A stretch of 64,000 nucleotides of DNA from Synechococcus sp. (GCA_047285535.1 JBJBDC010000001.1:1056136-1120135), one strand, 5' to 3'. Positions 52,720 through 63,943 are shown, numbered from the stretch's first letter. Numbers and translations are program-made. The notes: generated from the sequence alone by a model not told the origin.

Positions 52720-53717
52720 GCACAGCACAATCCCGAATCTTGATTACCGGCGCAAGTGGTTGCGTTGGTCAGTACATCGCCTCTTGGCTGTTGGAACATT
52801 CGGATGCCGATTTGCTGCTTTGGCTCCGCGACCCCTCAAAACTCACTGCGATATCAGCGAATCAATCGCGGGTGAGGCTATTAGTAGGGGATCTACGCCA
52901 AACAGACAGATTCGCAAGCGAATTATCAACCGTGACTCGGGTGATACACACCGCGACTGCATGGGGAGATCCAGAGCGAGCCCATCAGGTCAATGTCGTT
53001 GCAGTGAAGAGATTGCTCGCTCTGCTGAATCCAATCGTGATTGAGCAAATCATTTATTTCTCTACAGCGAGCATTCTTGATCGATCATTACAACCGCTGC
53101 AAGAAGCTCTGGCTTACGGAACTGAATACATCCAGACCAAAGCACAATGCCTAAGAGAACTAGAAAATCACCCCTTAGCTGAAAAAATCGTCGCTGTGTT
53201 TCCGACATTGGTGTTCGGCGGAAGGGTTGATGGAACAAGCTCCTTCCCGACCAGTTATTTGACAAAAGGATTAGTCGACGCCAGCAAGTGGTTATGGCTT
53301 GCTCGTTGGTTGAGAGCCGATGCAAGCTTCCATTTCATCCACGCTGCCGACATTGCTGCAATCTGCGGAATTCTCTCTACAACTCCACATCAATCCAACC
53401 CAGAAAGCGGTCAGGGCCCAGTACGCAGACTCGTGATGGGACAACCCTCGATCAGTGTGAATGAAGCAGTTTCCACGCTTTGTCGCTGGAGAGGTATCGC
53501 AAGAACCCCTGGGATACCGCTGTGGAGCTGGCTGATCGAAGGTTTGATCAAAATCCTGCCGATCGAAATCAACGCTTGGGATCGCTTTTCGATCCATCAA
53601 CGCCACTTCATTCATGATCCCATCACGCAACCAGAACGATTCGGCGGTCAAAGCCATGCTCCAGATCTCGAAACAGTTCTCATCGATTCAGGGCTTCCTC
53701 ATCGTGGAAGCATCTGA
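52716..53717 (+). CDS. NAD-dependent epimerase/dehydratase
   Basis: ITGASGCVG and YIQTK (YxxxK). Confidence 0.88.
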   Translation: MSTAQSRILITGASGCVGQYIASWLLEHSDADLLLWLRDPSKLTAISANQSRVRLLVGDLRQTDRFASELSTVTRVIHTATAWGDPERAHQVNVVAVKRLLALLNPIVIEQIIYFSTASILDRSLQPLQEALAYGTEYIQTKAQCLRELENHPLAEKIVAVFPTLVFGGRVDGTSSFPTSYLTKGLVDASKWLWLARWLRADASFHFIHAADIAAICGILSTTPHQSNPESGQGPVRRLVMGQPSISVNEAVSTLCRWRGIARTPGIPLWSWLIEGLIKILPIEINAWDRFSIHQRHFIHDPITQPERFGGQSHAPDLETVLIDSGLPHRGSI

Positions 53718-53750
53718 AGAGAGTTAAACTATGGGAAATTTTATGAGCTC

Positions 53751-54110
53751 ATGATCAGCCGTTTGCGTTCTCTCTTGTCAGCCGCGCTTTGTTTCGCACT
53801 CTTGCTGAGCCTTGGTGTTGGCACAGCCAATGCTGCAACTGTTGAAGTCAAGCTAGGAACAGATGCTGGGATGTTGGCTTTCGAGCCCAGCTCGATCAAC
53901 ATTAAAACCGGAGATACAGTCAAATTCGTTAACAACAAACTTGCTCCTCACAATGCAGTCTTTGACGGTCATGACGAACTCAGCCATAGCGATCTAGCTT
54001 TCGCTCCCGGTGAATCCTGGGAAGAGACTTTTACTGAGGCTGGAACCTTTGATTTCTATTGTGAACCACACCGTGGCGCTGGCATGGTTGGCAAAGTCAT
54101 CGTTGAGTGA
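53751..54110 (+). CDS. petE: Plastocyanin
   Basis: [15 protein letters not shown] copper ligands, signal peptide. Confidence 0.97.
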   Translation: MISRLRSLLSAALCFALLLSLGVGTANAATVEVKLGTDAGMLAFEPSSINIKTGDTVKFVNNKLAPHNAVFDGHDELSHSDLAFAPGESWEETFTEAGTFDFYCEPHRGAGMVGKVIVE

Positions 54111-54136
54111 TTTCCTTAAATCAGCACTTGAACACA

Positions 54137-54181
54137 AGTCCGGTGAGCGTTTTAACAGATGCTCACCGGACTCTTTTTTTT
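54137..54181 (+). terminator. Intrinsic terminator after petE
   Basis: AGTCCGGTGAGC/GCTCACCGGACT stem followed by a T8 tract. Confidence 0.9.
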
Positions 54182-54223
54182 GGCTCGAAGTGGATAGGGT
54201 TTAAGCAAACAAAGCTGATAGCG

Positions 54224-54592
54224 ATGCCCAATCCCGTTTCCCTAATCGCATTGGTCCTCACCATCAGTTTAAATCTCGTGGGCATCTCGCCTGCATTGGC
54301 TACCGACAGTCCCATCCCTGATCTGGACCACGGGAGCCAGCTGTTTTCAGCAAATTGCGCGGCTTGTCACATGGGCGGTGGCAATGTGATCAGTGCATCG
54401 AGAACATTGAGCAAAAGCGATCTACAAGCTCATCTCAATGAATATCGTGATGACCACCTTGAGGCTATAGAGCACCAAATCGAAAACGGAAAAAATGCAA
54501 TGCCATCATTCGTCGACAAGTTAAGCGAGCAAGACATCATTGATGTAGCTGGTTTTGTGGAGCTCAAAGCTGAGAAGGGATGGCAGCGATGA
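54224..54592 (+). CDS. petJ: Cytochrome c6
   Basis: CAACH heme motif, GGGNVI, NGKNAMP axial Met, signal peptide. Confidence 0.9.
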   Translation: MPNPVSLIALVLTISLNLVGISPALATDSPIPDLDHGSQLFSANCAACHMGGGNVISASRTLSKSDLQAHLNEYRDDHLEAIEHQIENGKNAMPSFVDKLSEQDIIDVAGFVELKAEKGWQR

Positions 54593-54792
54593 CGAGGCAG
54601 GGATGGAAAGACTTCTTGCACTCCTTAGAACGAAGTCCAGCTCTACAACGTGAACTGAACGCCTGCAAAGATATCAACGATGTTCTTGACCTTGGTATGC
54701 GATGTGGATTTGCAATTTGCCTAAAAGATCTCAAGCACGATGCTCAAGCCGAATCCATCGCACAATGGTTCAAGATGAGCACGATACAATAA
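54589..54792 (+). CDS. Nif11-like leader domain protein
   Basis: FL..LE.SPALQ.EL..C...D.V..LG...GF.I...DL pattern. ATGA overlap with petJ. Confidence 0.65.
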   Translation: MTRQGWKDFLHSLERSPALQRELNACKDINDVLDLGMRCGFAICLKDLKHDAQAESIAQWFKMSTIQ

Positions 54793-54868
54793 AGACGCTC
54801 CTTAATTGCACATCTGTGAGTGGATTTTACAGATTCGGATCTCTTTAGTCACTCACAGATTGATCAAA

Positions 54869-55126
54869 GTGAATGAAACAAACAGCGCAGAGTTTGATCG
54901 AATCTTTGAAATATCTTGGGAAGACTGTACACCCATTGAAAGGATCGAGTGTCAATCTGATCTTATTTATAAAGAAGCGATCATTCTGATACGCCAGAAG
55001 CTTGATTCACGCTCTTTCCGAAACTGGTACTAGAGAGCCACGAATCGCAAAACCAAACATGGCACACAGCGGAAATCAGAAAGGTTTCGAGCAGGATGTC
55101 ATCTCCAGTCAAACGTCACAAGTTAG
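54869..55126 (+). pseudogene. TIGR03643 (DUF2805) family pseudogene
   Basis: DRIFEISWEDCTPIERIE...SFRNWY*RATNRKTKH...RFR. In-frame TAG at 55031-55033. Confidence 0.75.
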
Positions 55127-55332
55127 TCCTCTGACTTGTGATTGGATCGTGATGCAATCCTGGCATCAGCCCAACGGGAGAAGAAGTAAACAGCAATAAA
55201 CATCGGCAAATAAGCGAACCACATGTTCTCAAGGACAAGACCACTATTATTGATAAGGACCAAGCCCCCATATCCGACAACAAAATAGATTCCAGCTCTA
55301 CGAAGGGCCCCAGCTTGCTTAGGATTCATCAC
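55123..55332 (-). CDS. Small two-TM membrane protein
   Basis: Two hydrophobic helices followed by FFSRWAD. Confidence 0.7.
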   Translation of the reverse strand: MMNPKQAGALRRAGIYFVVGYGGLVLINNSGLVLENMWFAYLPMFIAVYFFSRWADARIASRSNHKSED

Positions 55333-55765
55333 GAAAGAATCGACTCTTCACAAGCTAAAAGAAAAGCGCATCATGCAAAGAACTGTGTTTATCCTTTAAC
55401 ACAATAAAAACAAAACAATACAGATCACACTATGGGTAGCTAATGGAAAGTCCCCTATGAATCCAGCCTCACCAACATAAGCCGATCCTACTTTTCATAG
55501 TCCATCAACTCATTCAAGCCAAGAGAGCAATCCTACGCAACAATTATTAGCAGAACAGCTAAACATTAAATCGAAGGAATAGCCAGCTTCAGCCGCCCAC
55601 TCATCTCGATCATGCAAAGCAGTGACGATCAACAAAAAACATTCGATTTCTCGAGCAATTTACGTGAATTATTACAATCATAGACAATTTTATAGGCAGA
55701 AATCAGCAAATAAAAAACGATGTATCCCTAGGGAAGCAAAATCAGGAGCAAGCCAAAAACAACTT

Positions 55766-56632
55766 CTAATGGCTAACAGTGAAACCCCTACGCCAACAAA
55801 CGAATGGAATAATTGTAAGCATCATCAAGACACTATAAACGGCGGAAGGAAGACTAAATCGACTCAATTCACCCTGAACCAGTTCTTCACTGATCAGAGA
55901 ACCCACAACAATACCAATCGTTCCATTTTGAAAACCAGCTTCTACCGCGAGAGCAGTATTCTGAGACGGTTTCAAAGCAAGCACACTTCCGAGCCCTAAT
56001 CCGATAGCAAGCATTAAAAGGTTGAGAAGTAAAAGAACTGGGCCAAGGATTGAGAGATTAATAATAAACACATCCCATTGACTCATCAATGCTCCCAGAA
56101 GAACCAACACAAACAAACCATTTGCTATGCGACCACTTGGAAGTACCAATCGAGCTGTTAGCTGTGGAGCAACTTGATTGAGCCAAACCCCAAGAAGAAC
56201 AGGAAAAGTGGCCAGAAAAAAGACTTTTAAGCTCAAAGACAGTATGGACAAACTAATATCTTGTTGAGGCACCAGAAGTGGAGCCGTCAGACTTAGGACA
56301 ATAGGCAGAGTTCCTGCGGTTACAAGGCTGGCAAGTGCGGTATACGAGATCGAGAGCGCAACATCACCGCGAGACAGTTTTGTGATTACATTCGATGTAA
56401 TTCCACCAGGACAACAGCTCAATATCATCACACCCAAAGCAAGATCTCCATCCAATTCGAATAATTGGAGCAGGATAAAAGCCAGCATCGGAAGAATAAC
56501 AAGCTGGGCAAGTGCACCTGCAAACAAAGCTTTTGGCTGCTGAAATGCAATACTAAAATCACATGGATTAAGGGACAATCCAAGCGAAAACATTATGAAA
56601 GCAAGGCTTCCAGCCAACACGACTTCCATCAA
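55766..56632 (-). CDS. Bile acid:sodium symporter (BASS) family transporter
   Basis: IMFSLGLSL, CPGG.TSN..T...RGDVALS, E.GFQNG. Confidence 0.92.
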   Translation of the reverse strand: MMEVVLAGSLAFIMFSLGLSLNPCDFSIAFQQPKALFAGALAQLVILPMLAFILLQLFELDGDLALGVMILSCCPGGITSNVITKLSRGDVALSISYTALASLVTAGTLPIVLSLTAPLLVPQQDISLSILSLSLKVFFLATFPVLLGVWLNQVAPQLTARLVLPSGRIANGLFVLVLLGALMSQWDVFIINLSILGPVLLLLNLLMLAIGLGLGSVLALKPSQNTALAVEAGFQNGTIGIVVGSLISEELVQGELSRFSLPSAVYSVLMMLTIIPFVCWRRGFTVSH

Positions 56633-57026
56633 GATCCTTTAGCCTCTAGATCAATTTTTACTGAGTGTACACATCCCCTAATCATGACAAAACCCATCAA
56701 AGAGTCCTCTCATGATTTTCTAAGGAAAACCAAACAGACCCCTTGAACAAAAAAAATGCTATCCCTGATAACAAATCAGGCGAACGAAATAAACATCCTG
56801 AAACAGAAATTAAGATTGAAGTTATCAGGGAACGGCGACAGATTCATTCTTTGCCTTAAAAGCACAACAAGGAGGCACATATTTACCTGGAATGGGCTGC
56901 TTGCGTGCTCCCCTAAGGCAGGCTGCAAAACCAACGCAAACCTTGTAATCCAACATAAAATAGATTGCAAAAACAGATGCAACCGCACACTCACTTTCAT
57001 ATGTCTATCGATGTTCCATCATGTCC

Positions 57027-57251
57027 TCAAACCCCTTGCAGCTCATCACGAATTGTTTGCAACACAGCAAGGTACAAAGCCTCATCGATCTCACGAATGT
57101 CATATTCTGTTGGCATCGCTCCATGGTGATGTTCATGGACAACGGTCCAGCACTTACGCTCCACATCAAGAGGATTGTCCCCATAGAGCGCGTGCACTCG
57201 CTTCACCAGTGCATTGATTAAGGCAGGATCATTCCCCATGCTGATTTCCAT
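57027..57251 (-). CDS. Conserved hypothetical protein
   Basis: CW.VVHEHHHG.MP.EYDIREIDE.LYL.VL motif. Confidence 0.75.
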   Translation of the reverse strand: MEISMGNDPALINALVKRVHALYGDNPLDVERKCWTVVHEHHHGAMPTEYDIREIDEALYLAVLQTIRDELQGV

Positions 57252-57285
57252 TCGTCTAAAGAGATCGGCTGACCCTACACATACA

Positions 57286-57301
57286 GGTCGGTAAACCGTA
57301 G
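57286..57301 (+). promoter_or_regulatory. K-box-like element upstream of clpB
   Basis: GGTCGGTAAACCGTAG has 2 mismatches to the K-box GTTCGG-NNAN-CCNNAC. Confidence 0.4.
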
Positions 57302-57395
57302 ACACCGCAGAGACCGAACACTATCGAACGGTTCTCCGCTCTACAAAGAGAAGAGATCCTCATACGGTGCCAAACAACAAGACGTAGCAAGGGAC

Positions 57396-59987
57396 ATGCA
57401 ACCCACAGCAGAACAATTCACTGAAAAGGCCTGGACCGCAATCGTGTCTGCCCAGCAGCTGGCTCAGAACAGACGTCATCAGCAACTCGAAAGCGAGCAT
57501 TTGTTAGCGGCTTTACTGGAGCAAGAAAGCTTGGCCGGTCGAATCCTCGATAAAGCAGGTGTCTCGCCATCAATGCTTCAAACAGCGATCGAAAGCTATC
57601 TCAATCAGCAGCCAACTCTTACCGCTGCTCCTGAATCCGTGTTCTTAGGCAAAGGCATTAATGCCGTGCTCGATCGGGCTGAAACGCTGAAGCAAAGCTA
57701 CGGCGATAGTTTTATTTCGATTGAGCATCTTCTACTAGCCCTTGCCGAAGACGGTCGTTGCGGCCGTCAACTTCTTAGTCAAGCCGGTACAGATGTTTCC
57801 CGATTAAAAACCGCCATTAATGCCGTGCGTGGAAGCCAAAAAGTGACCGACCAAAATCCCGAGGGAACCTATGAGTCACTCGAAAAATATGGTCGAGATC
57901 TCACAAGCGCTGCCCGAGACGGCAAGCTTGATCCCGTCATTGGCCGTGATGAAGAAATACGGCGAACGATTCAAATCCTCAGTCGGCGCACTAAAAACAA
58001 TCCTGTTTTGATAGGTGAACCAGGGGTCGGAAAAACAGCGATCGTGGAAGGACTCGCTCAAAGGATTGTGAATGGCGACGTACCTCAGGCGCTCCAAAAT
58101 CGTCAATTGATTGCGCTGGATATGGGCGCCTTAATTGCAGGCGCAAAATATCGCGGTGAATTCGAAGAACGACTCAAGGCCGTGCTCAAAGAAGTCACCA
58201 ACTCAGATGGACAAATCGTGTTATTCATCGATGAAATCCACACCGTGGTCGGAGCGGGTGCCACCGGTGGAGCAATGGATGCAAGTAACCTTCTCAAACC
58301 CATGCTGGCCCGAGGAGAACTGCGCTGCATCGGAGCCACAACCCTTGATGAGCACAAACAACATATTGAAAAGGATCCTGCTCTCGAACGTCGTTTTCAG
58401 CAAGTCCTGGTGGACCAACCAACGGTGGAAGACACCATTTCGATCTTGCGGGGACTCAAAGAGCGGTATGAGGTGCACCATGGTGTCCGCATTGCAGACA
58501 ACGCACTGATCGCGGCAGCCGTTCTCAGTAGTCGCTACATCGCCGATCGCTTTCTTCCCGACAAAGCCATTGACCTTGTCGATGAATCAGCCGCCAGGCT
58601 CAAAATGGAGATCACCTCCAAACCAGAGGAGATCGACGAGATCGACCGCAAGATCCTGCAACTAGAGATGGAAAAGCTCTCAATCGGACGCGAATCCGAT
58701 GCCGCTAGCCAGGAGAGACTCCAACGCTTGGAACGCGAACTCGCAGAACTGTCAGAGCAACAGAGCACCCTCAATTCAAAATGGCAGCAGGAAAAAGGTG
58801 CCATCGATGAGCTCTCCGCACTGAAGGAAGAAATCGAACGCGTGCAGCTTCAGGTGGAACAAGCCAAGCGAAGTTATGACCTCAACAAGGCCGCAGAGTT
58901 GGAATATGGCACCCTCGCAGACCTTCAAAAACAGCTGCTTGCACAAGAGCAAGCATTAGCGGAAAACGATGACAACGCCGAAAAATCTCTGCTGAGAGAA
59001 GAAGTCAGCGAAGACGACATCGCGGAGGTCATCGCAAAGTGGACCGGGATTCCCGTCGCAAAGCTGGTTCAATCCGAAATGGAAAAACTGCTAGAGCTCG
59101 AGGATCAACTTCACGAACGAGTCGTCGGCCAAGACCAAGCTGTGACAGCAGTAGCCGATGCCATCCAGCGATCACGAGCGGGGCTCAGCGATCCAAATCA
59201 ACCCATCGCCAGTTTTCTTTTTCTCGGACCGACAGGAGTGGGCAAAACAGAGCTTTCGAAAGCCTTGGCTGCCCAAATATTTGACAGCGAAGACGCGATG
59301 ATTCGCATCGATATGTCTGAATACATGGAAAAACACACCGTGAGCCGTTTAATTGGGGCACCTCCCGGTTACGTGGGCTATGAAGCTGGGGGGCAGCTCA
59401 CCGAAGCAGTAAGACGTAGACCTTACGCGGTGATTCTGTTCGACGAAGTGGAAAAAGCCCACCCGGATGTGTTCAATGTGATGCTCCAGATCCTCGATGA
59501 CGGTCGTGTCACTGACGGGCAGGGACGAACCGTAGACTTCACCAATTCTGTGCTCATTCTCACGAGCAACATTGGCAGCCAATCTATTCTCGATTTAGGA
59601 GGTGATGACAACCGACATCAGGAGATGGAGAGTCGGGTGAATGAAGCTTTGCGCAATCACTTCCGTCCAGAATTTCTCAATCGAATTGATGACACAATCA
59701 TCTTCCACAGTCTGCGTCGAGATGAATTGCGCCAGATTGTCAGCCTGCAAGTTGAGAGATTGAGACAACGGCTCAGTGAGCGCAAGCTAGCACTCAAGAT
59801 CAGCGAAGCAGCTACCGACTGGTTGGCCAATGCTGGTTATGACCCTATTTACGGGGCGAGGCCGCTGAAGCGAGCCATTCAGCGCGAATTGGAGACGCCC
59901 ATTGCGAAAGCAATTCTGGCCGGTCTTTACACAGAAGGATCGACTGCTCATATCAATGTAAACGAAGGAAAACTGATCTTGAGCTAG
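57396..59987 (+). CDS. clpB: ATP-dependent chaperone ClpB
   Basis: Two AAA+ domains ([16 protein letters not shown]) and a long coiled-coil M domain. Confidence 0.97.
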   Translation: MQPTAEQFTEKAWTAIVSAQQLAQNRRHQQLESEHLLAALLEQESLAGRILDKAGVSPSMLQTAIESYLNQQPTLTAAPESVFLGKGINAVLDRAETLKQSYGDSFISIEHLLLALAEDGRCGRQLLSQAGTDVSRLKTAINAVRGSQKVTDQNPEGTYESLEKYGRDLTSAARDGKLDPVIGRDEEIRRTIQILSRRTKNNPVLIGEPGVGKTAIVEGLAQRIVNGDVPQALQNRQLIALDMGALIAGAKYRGEFEERLKAVLKEVTNSDGQIVLFIDEIHTVVGAGATGGAMDASNLLKPMLARGELRCIGATTLDEHKQHIEKDPALERRFQQVLVDQPTVEDTISILRGLKERYEVHHGVRIADNALIAAAVLSSRYIADRFLPDKAIDLVDESAARLKMEITSKPEEIDEIDRKILQLEMEKLSIGRESDAASQERLQRLERELAELSEQQSTLNSKWQQEKGAIDELSALKEEIERVQLQVEQAKRSYDLNKAAELEYGTLADLQKQLLAQEQALAENDDNAEKSLLREEVSEDDIAEVIAKWTGIPVAKLVQSEMEKLLELEDQLHERVVGQDQAVTAVADAIQRSRAGLSDPNQPIASFLFLGPTGVGKTELSKALAAQIFDSEDAMIRIDMSEYMEKHTVSRLIGAPPGYVGYEAGGQLTEAVRRRPYAVILFDEVEKAHPDVFNVMLQILDDGRVTDGQGRTVDFTNSVLILTSNIGSQSILDLGGDDNRHQEMESRVNEALRNHFRPEFLNRIDDTIIFHSLRRDELRQIVSLQVERLRQRLSERKLALKISEAATDWLANAGYDPIYGARPLKRAIQRELETPIAKAILAGLYTEGSTAHINVNEGKLILS

Positions 59988-60533
59988 AGCTTTCTTACTA
60001 CAGCTCTAAAAAGTTTCAAAGATAAGAGGCGCAGATCTCCTCCTGAAAAGTGGAGTTAACTCAGTGGCTTTCAGGCTGGTTCTCTTTAGCTTCATTGTGA
60101 TCGGGGCCATGGGTATTTCATTCCATGAGGATGCCAGGGGGCTGCTTGGTGACTCCATACAAGAGCCTCTGGTCCATTAATGCTTATCTAATACCCTTCA
60201 GTGGTGGTTTGACGCCTACGACAAGAAATATCAGGCCCATCGCAAACGCCAGACGCCCTAGAAGGAAAGCTACCATCAACTTAGATCTGCACTCCGGCAA
60301 ATGATTACCAGGAAAAGTAATCAATAGAAGGGTTAGAAGCGCTGCCTACTATTTGCTTCTCACTCCACAGAAGACAACCGCCAATGGGCTCACAGCGCCT
60401 CAATATTTTTCTGTGTGAATCGAATGCGAGCAGGAATGCCAGTATCCCCCTTATGGAGAATCAACATCCACGAGCAAGATCAAGACAATTCCAACAATTA
60501 GAAACATCAACTTGCAGTCTGAATCAGCACGTC

Positions 60534-61010
60534 CTAATTTGCAGGATCAAACCAATTCGGAACAGAGAAATATGTTGCCTCATTACTTACATTTTCTCTA
60601 GCTTCAACTTGCCAGCAGCAGGTTCTTCCCTTATCACGTTTTCTTAAAAGTTGATTGGCCCAGTTCCAAAGCAATTGGGCAGTACTCTCCATTCCCACAT
60701 TTTGCATCACTCGCAGATCAAGCGCCCCTTGATCATGAAGAGATCGCCACTGCTCTAAAAGCGGATCATCTTGGTTGACCAGAAATGTGTGATCAAACTG
60801 ATCGCTTAACTGTTGCTCAAGAGGGCGCAAGCTTGAGAAATCAACCACAAAACCACAAGCATCTAGCTTATTGGCAGCAAACCAGAACCTAAAGCTACGG
60901 CTGTAGCCATGCACAAAGTGGCAATGGGCATCATGCTGCCACTGGCGATGACAACAGGGATACCCCTCGAAATGTTTACTGCATGTAAAACCGGTGGGAG
61001 GCAAAAACAT
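60534..61010 (-). CDS. queD: 6-carboxytetrahydropterin synthase (PTPS family)
   Basis: CCHRQ...C..VHGYS, FVVDF, FDHTFL, GME.TA, V.E. Confidence 0.85.
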   Translation of the reverse strand: MFLPPTGFTCSKHFEGYPCCHRQWQHDAHCHFVHGYSRSFRFWFAANKLDACGFVVDFSSLRPLEQQLSDQFDHTFLVNQDDPLLEQWRSLHDQGALDLRVMQNVGMESTAQLLWNWANQLLRKRDKGRTCCWQVEARENVSNEATYFSVPNWFDPAN

Positions 61011-61592
61011 CAGCTCATCAAAAAGCACACAGAGGGAGAATTGCCCTTCTCTACATCTACATGCACCGAGGCCAGATGCCAGACTCAGATCCCGCCTTCA
61101 TTGACGAACCCCTCTCCAAGGCAAAGCGGCTGATTGGTGGAGTTACTCAAGACTGGCTCCATGGAGCCCCTAGTCATGCAAGCGTCGATGAATCGTGAAG
61201 CCCTTGAACTCACAAGAAGCACTGGCTAAGGGCATAACTGAAGTTGATCGAGACACGAGATTTGGCCTCTGTGGGCAAGAATTGGTCATAACCAACTTCC
61301 AAAACATTTTCGCTACACGGAATGGATGCGCAGAATCGAAGAGCGCCGCAACTGGTCTGAGGGAAACAGCTACTCCAACCGCATGCTTGCAGGCGATGAC
61401 AATCGCATTTTTAAAAAATTGGCGTGTCAAGAGCCGAATTTGTGAGGGCTTGCAAAGACAATGATTACGCTGGAATCGCAAGCGAAGCAGCCGAGTGAAT
61501 GTTGCACTGCCCTTCGCCCTGGCTCCCGACTACGTCAGTTGGCTCAACCTGCTGGCTGTTCTGGGAAACCGGCGCGGACACCCCAGGCCTGA

Positions 61593-62243
61593 TTAAGGAA
61601 TGGGAGACAGTGGTTGGCCGAATTGGCTTGGCTGTTGACGCAACCACTCCAAGGTGAGGTGATCACGTGGGGAAAGCTCCAACACCGGAGAAGCTCCCTG
61701 CACAGGTGCCATCGCATCACTGGGGACAGAACTATGAGCCCACAATCCAAACGCATGACCTAACTCGTGAAGTGCTGTGGCCTGCTGAGCCTCCGACCTC
61801 AACTCAGGTGAAACCAGGACGGTGACACTTGGCTCTAAACGCCAAACCCCCTTGCGTTTAACCTCCAGAAGTTGAAGCAAGCTTCGGCCATTGCTGGCTC
61901 GCCAACCTTCAGCCAGAAGCCGCCGAGGCGGTCTACGACGTTCTACGCGAATGTGAGCTCGCTCAGGATCATCAACCCTGATGATCGGAAGCACTCCAGA
62001 CCATTCAGCGAGAGCCCCATTGACAGCTCCTAACCAGCGGCGCTCCCAGCGATTGGGTTCTGAAGTCTCCGCTGGCTCAACCCATACACACCAACTGGGA
62101 AGAGTGGGGTAACCAACCGCGCTACTGGGCAATCTTGCGCCATAACCTGGCGCATTCACCACATCAGTCGGAAGCAAAGCCTCCTTCCTAATCTGCTGAG
62201 CCTGAACTGGGGGGCACGGATCAACTTGCATGATTTCAATCAA
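61593..62243 (-). CDS. Zn-dependent metallopeptidase (matrixin-like)
   Basis: HELGHAFGLWAHS followed by the Met-turn DAM. Confidence 0.85.
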   Translation of the reverse strand: MIEIMQVDPCPPVQAQQIRKEALLPTDVVNAPGYGARLPSSAVGYPTLPSWCVWVEPAETSEPNRWERRWLGAVNGALAEWSGVLPIIRVDDPERAHIRVERRRPPRRLLAEGWRASNGRSLLQLLEVKRKGVWRLEPSVTVLVSPELRSEAQQATALHELGHAFGLWAHSSVPSDAMAPVQGASPVLELSPRDHLTLEWLRQQPSQFGQPLSPIP

Positions 62244-62731
62244 GCTGATGGAAGTCCGACGCCGCGGGCCATCAGGGTTGCGAGCAAGGGGACGAAAGCA
62301 AATCCAGCCAACTCAATGTTGACAATCAATCCCAGTCGCTTTGCCAATGCATCAGACACCTTGGGGAGTTCACCTTTACGCAAGGGAACCGCCCAGAGGA
62401 TATAAGTGACAGTTGGGTATAAAGACAGGGCACCAACCGATAAATACAAGCCGACCTTCCACCAGAACAAGGGGTTAGTCGTATAAAAATCACTGCCTTG
62501 CCCGAAATACAAGACGCGCAGGATTCCACTCAACAGCAGTGCAAGCGCAGCAATTCCGTAAATGATGTCGGTAATCACCATGGCCGTAGCCGTGCGTCGA
62601 TCCGGATTGGGACCTAACAAGCGACGCTCAACGACCAGAGCTGCAAAGCAGAGCATGAAACTTAAGTAGTGCACATAAGCCACACCGGCGCTTTTGGCAA
62701 CCTCAGGAGTCAACACTGTGGCCAGCGACAT
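62240..62731 (-). CDS. DUF2214 family membrane protein
   Basis: AYVHYL, D..YG.AA, G.LRV..FG.G..FY..NPLFW.K, A.LMARG.G. Confidence 0.88.
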   Translation of the reverse strand: MSLATVLTPEVAKSAGVAYVHYLSFMLCFAALVVERRLLGPNPDRRTATAMVITDIIYGIAALALLLSGILRVLYFGQGSDFYTTNPLFWWKVGLYLSVGALSLYPTVTYILWAVPLRKGELPKVSDALAKRLGLIVNIELAGFAFVPLLATLMARGVGLPSA

Positions 62732-62957
62732 AACAAGTGATGCGTTTGATGGACCGTAGCGGCTGGCCCGGACTAGTCGCGGCCATCCACAGCCGCCTCA
62801 CACATGGACGTCGTAACGTTACAAAAGGAAATCATGGAGCAATAGTGAATAACGAAAAAAACATTAATTAAGACATAATTATAAATTCCGAACTCTTTAT
62901 TACGCAAACTGAATGGAAAGACTTTGGCCCTAGGTTCAAGAGAATCACGAGAAGCAG

Positions 62958-63884
62958 ATGGTGAGTTCTCTTAGCGCCTTCCTCGGCGAAATAGGTCGGC
63001 ATCAGTTGTTGACACCAGAGCAGGAATTAACACTGGGTCGAAAAGTTCAGGCGATGGCTTCACTCATCGAGCGCTGCACTCTTGCCGGTGGCGAAGGTGA
63101 AGCATGCATTTATACCAATGAAGAAAAGCGCACAATCAAACGAGGGGAAAAAGCTAAAAATCAAATGATTACGGCCAATCTGAGGTTGGTTGTGAATCTT
63201 GCGAAGCGATATCAAGGCAAAGGGCTAGATCTTCTTGACCTCATCCAAGAAGGCACTCTCGGACTTACAAGAGCCGTTGAGAAATACGACCCCACCCGGG
63301 GCCATCGATTTTCGACTTATGCCTACTGGTGGATACGTCAAGGACTGAACCGAGCCCTTTCCACTCAAAGCAGAACCATTCGCATTCCTGTGAATGTGAA
63401 CGAAAAGCTGACGAAGTTACGAGCCGCAAAGGCTCGTCTCATGCAAAGCAATGGTCTTACGCCTTCAGCAGAGCAATTGGCCGAGACCATGAAGTTGCCG
63501 ATCTGTGAAGTTGAGGATTTGTTGGGCTGCGAACTACGCAGTGTCACGGTGAGCCTTCAAGGCGTTGTCAAATCGAAATCCGATCCCTCCGAGCTAGTGG
63601 ATGTCCTTCCAAGCGACGAAATTCCACCAATGGAGCGCGCTGAAATCGCCGAACGCACAGACTCAGCCTGGAAGCTGCTCGACAATTCTAATCTGACACC
63701 AAAAGAGAGAACCATCGTTATGCTTCGATTCGGTCTTGATGGAAGCCACGAATGGCGCACCCTCGCCGAAGTCGCCCGACAGATGAATTGCAGTCGGGAA
63801 TATTGTCGACAAGTGGTTCAAAGAGCCTTACGTAAATTACGCAAGACCAGTATTCAACATGGATTAGTGGAACCCGCCCTCTGA
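62958..63884 (+). CDS. Group 2 RNA polymerase sigma factor (RpoD/SigA family)
   Basis: ANLRLVV..AKRY, DLIQEG..GL.RAVEK.DP.RG..FSTYAYWWIRQG. Lacks region 1.1. Confidence 0.93.
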   Translation: MVSSLSAFLGEIGRHQLLTPEQELTLGRKVQAMASLIERCTLAGGEGEACIYTNEEKRTIKRGEKAKNQMITANLRLVVNLAKRYQGKGLDLLDLIQEGTLGLTRAVEKYDPTRGHRFSTYAYWWIRQGLNRALSTQSRTIRIPVNVNEKLTKLRAAKARLMQSNGLTPSAEQLAETMKLPICEVEDLLGCELRSVTVSLQGVVKSKSDPSELVDVLPSDEIPPMERAEIAERTDSAWKLLDNSNLTPKERTIVMLRFGLDGSHEWRTLAEVARQMNCSREYCRQVVQRALRKLRKTSIQHGLVEPAL

Positions 63885-63943
63885 TCATCCAGCTAGTTCA
63901 GTGATAGTGGGATAGATCCGCTTGTACAAACCTGAATCGTCCC

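Noticed and set aside
54589..54792. Prochlorosin/lanthipeptide cluster
   Set aside because: No GG/GA cleavage site, no core peptide, and no modifying enzyme or transporter in the window.
56756..57217. 153-aa plus ORF
   Set aside because: No motifs, and it overlaps a more credible conserved minus-strand gene.
62813..62822. GTAACGTTAC palindrome upstream of the sigma factor as an NtcA site
   Set aside because: Spacing is GTA-N4-TAC, not N8, and a 10-bp palindrome can occur by chance.
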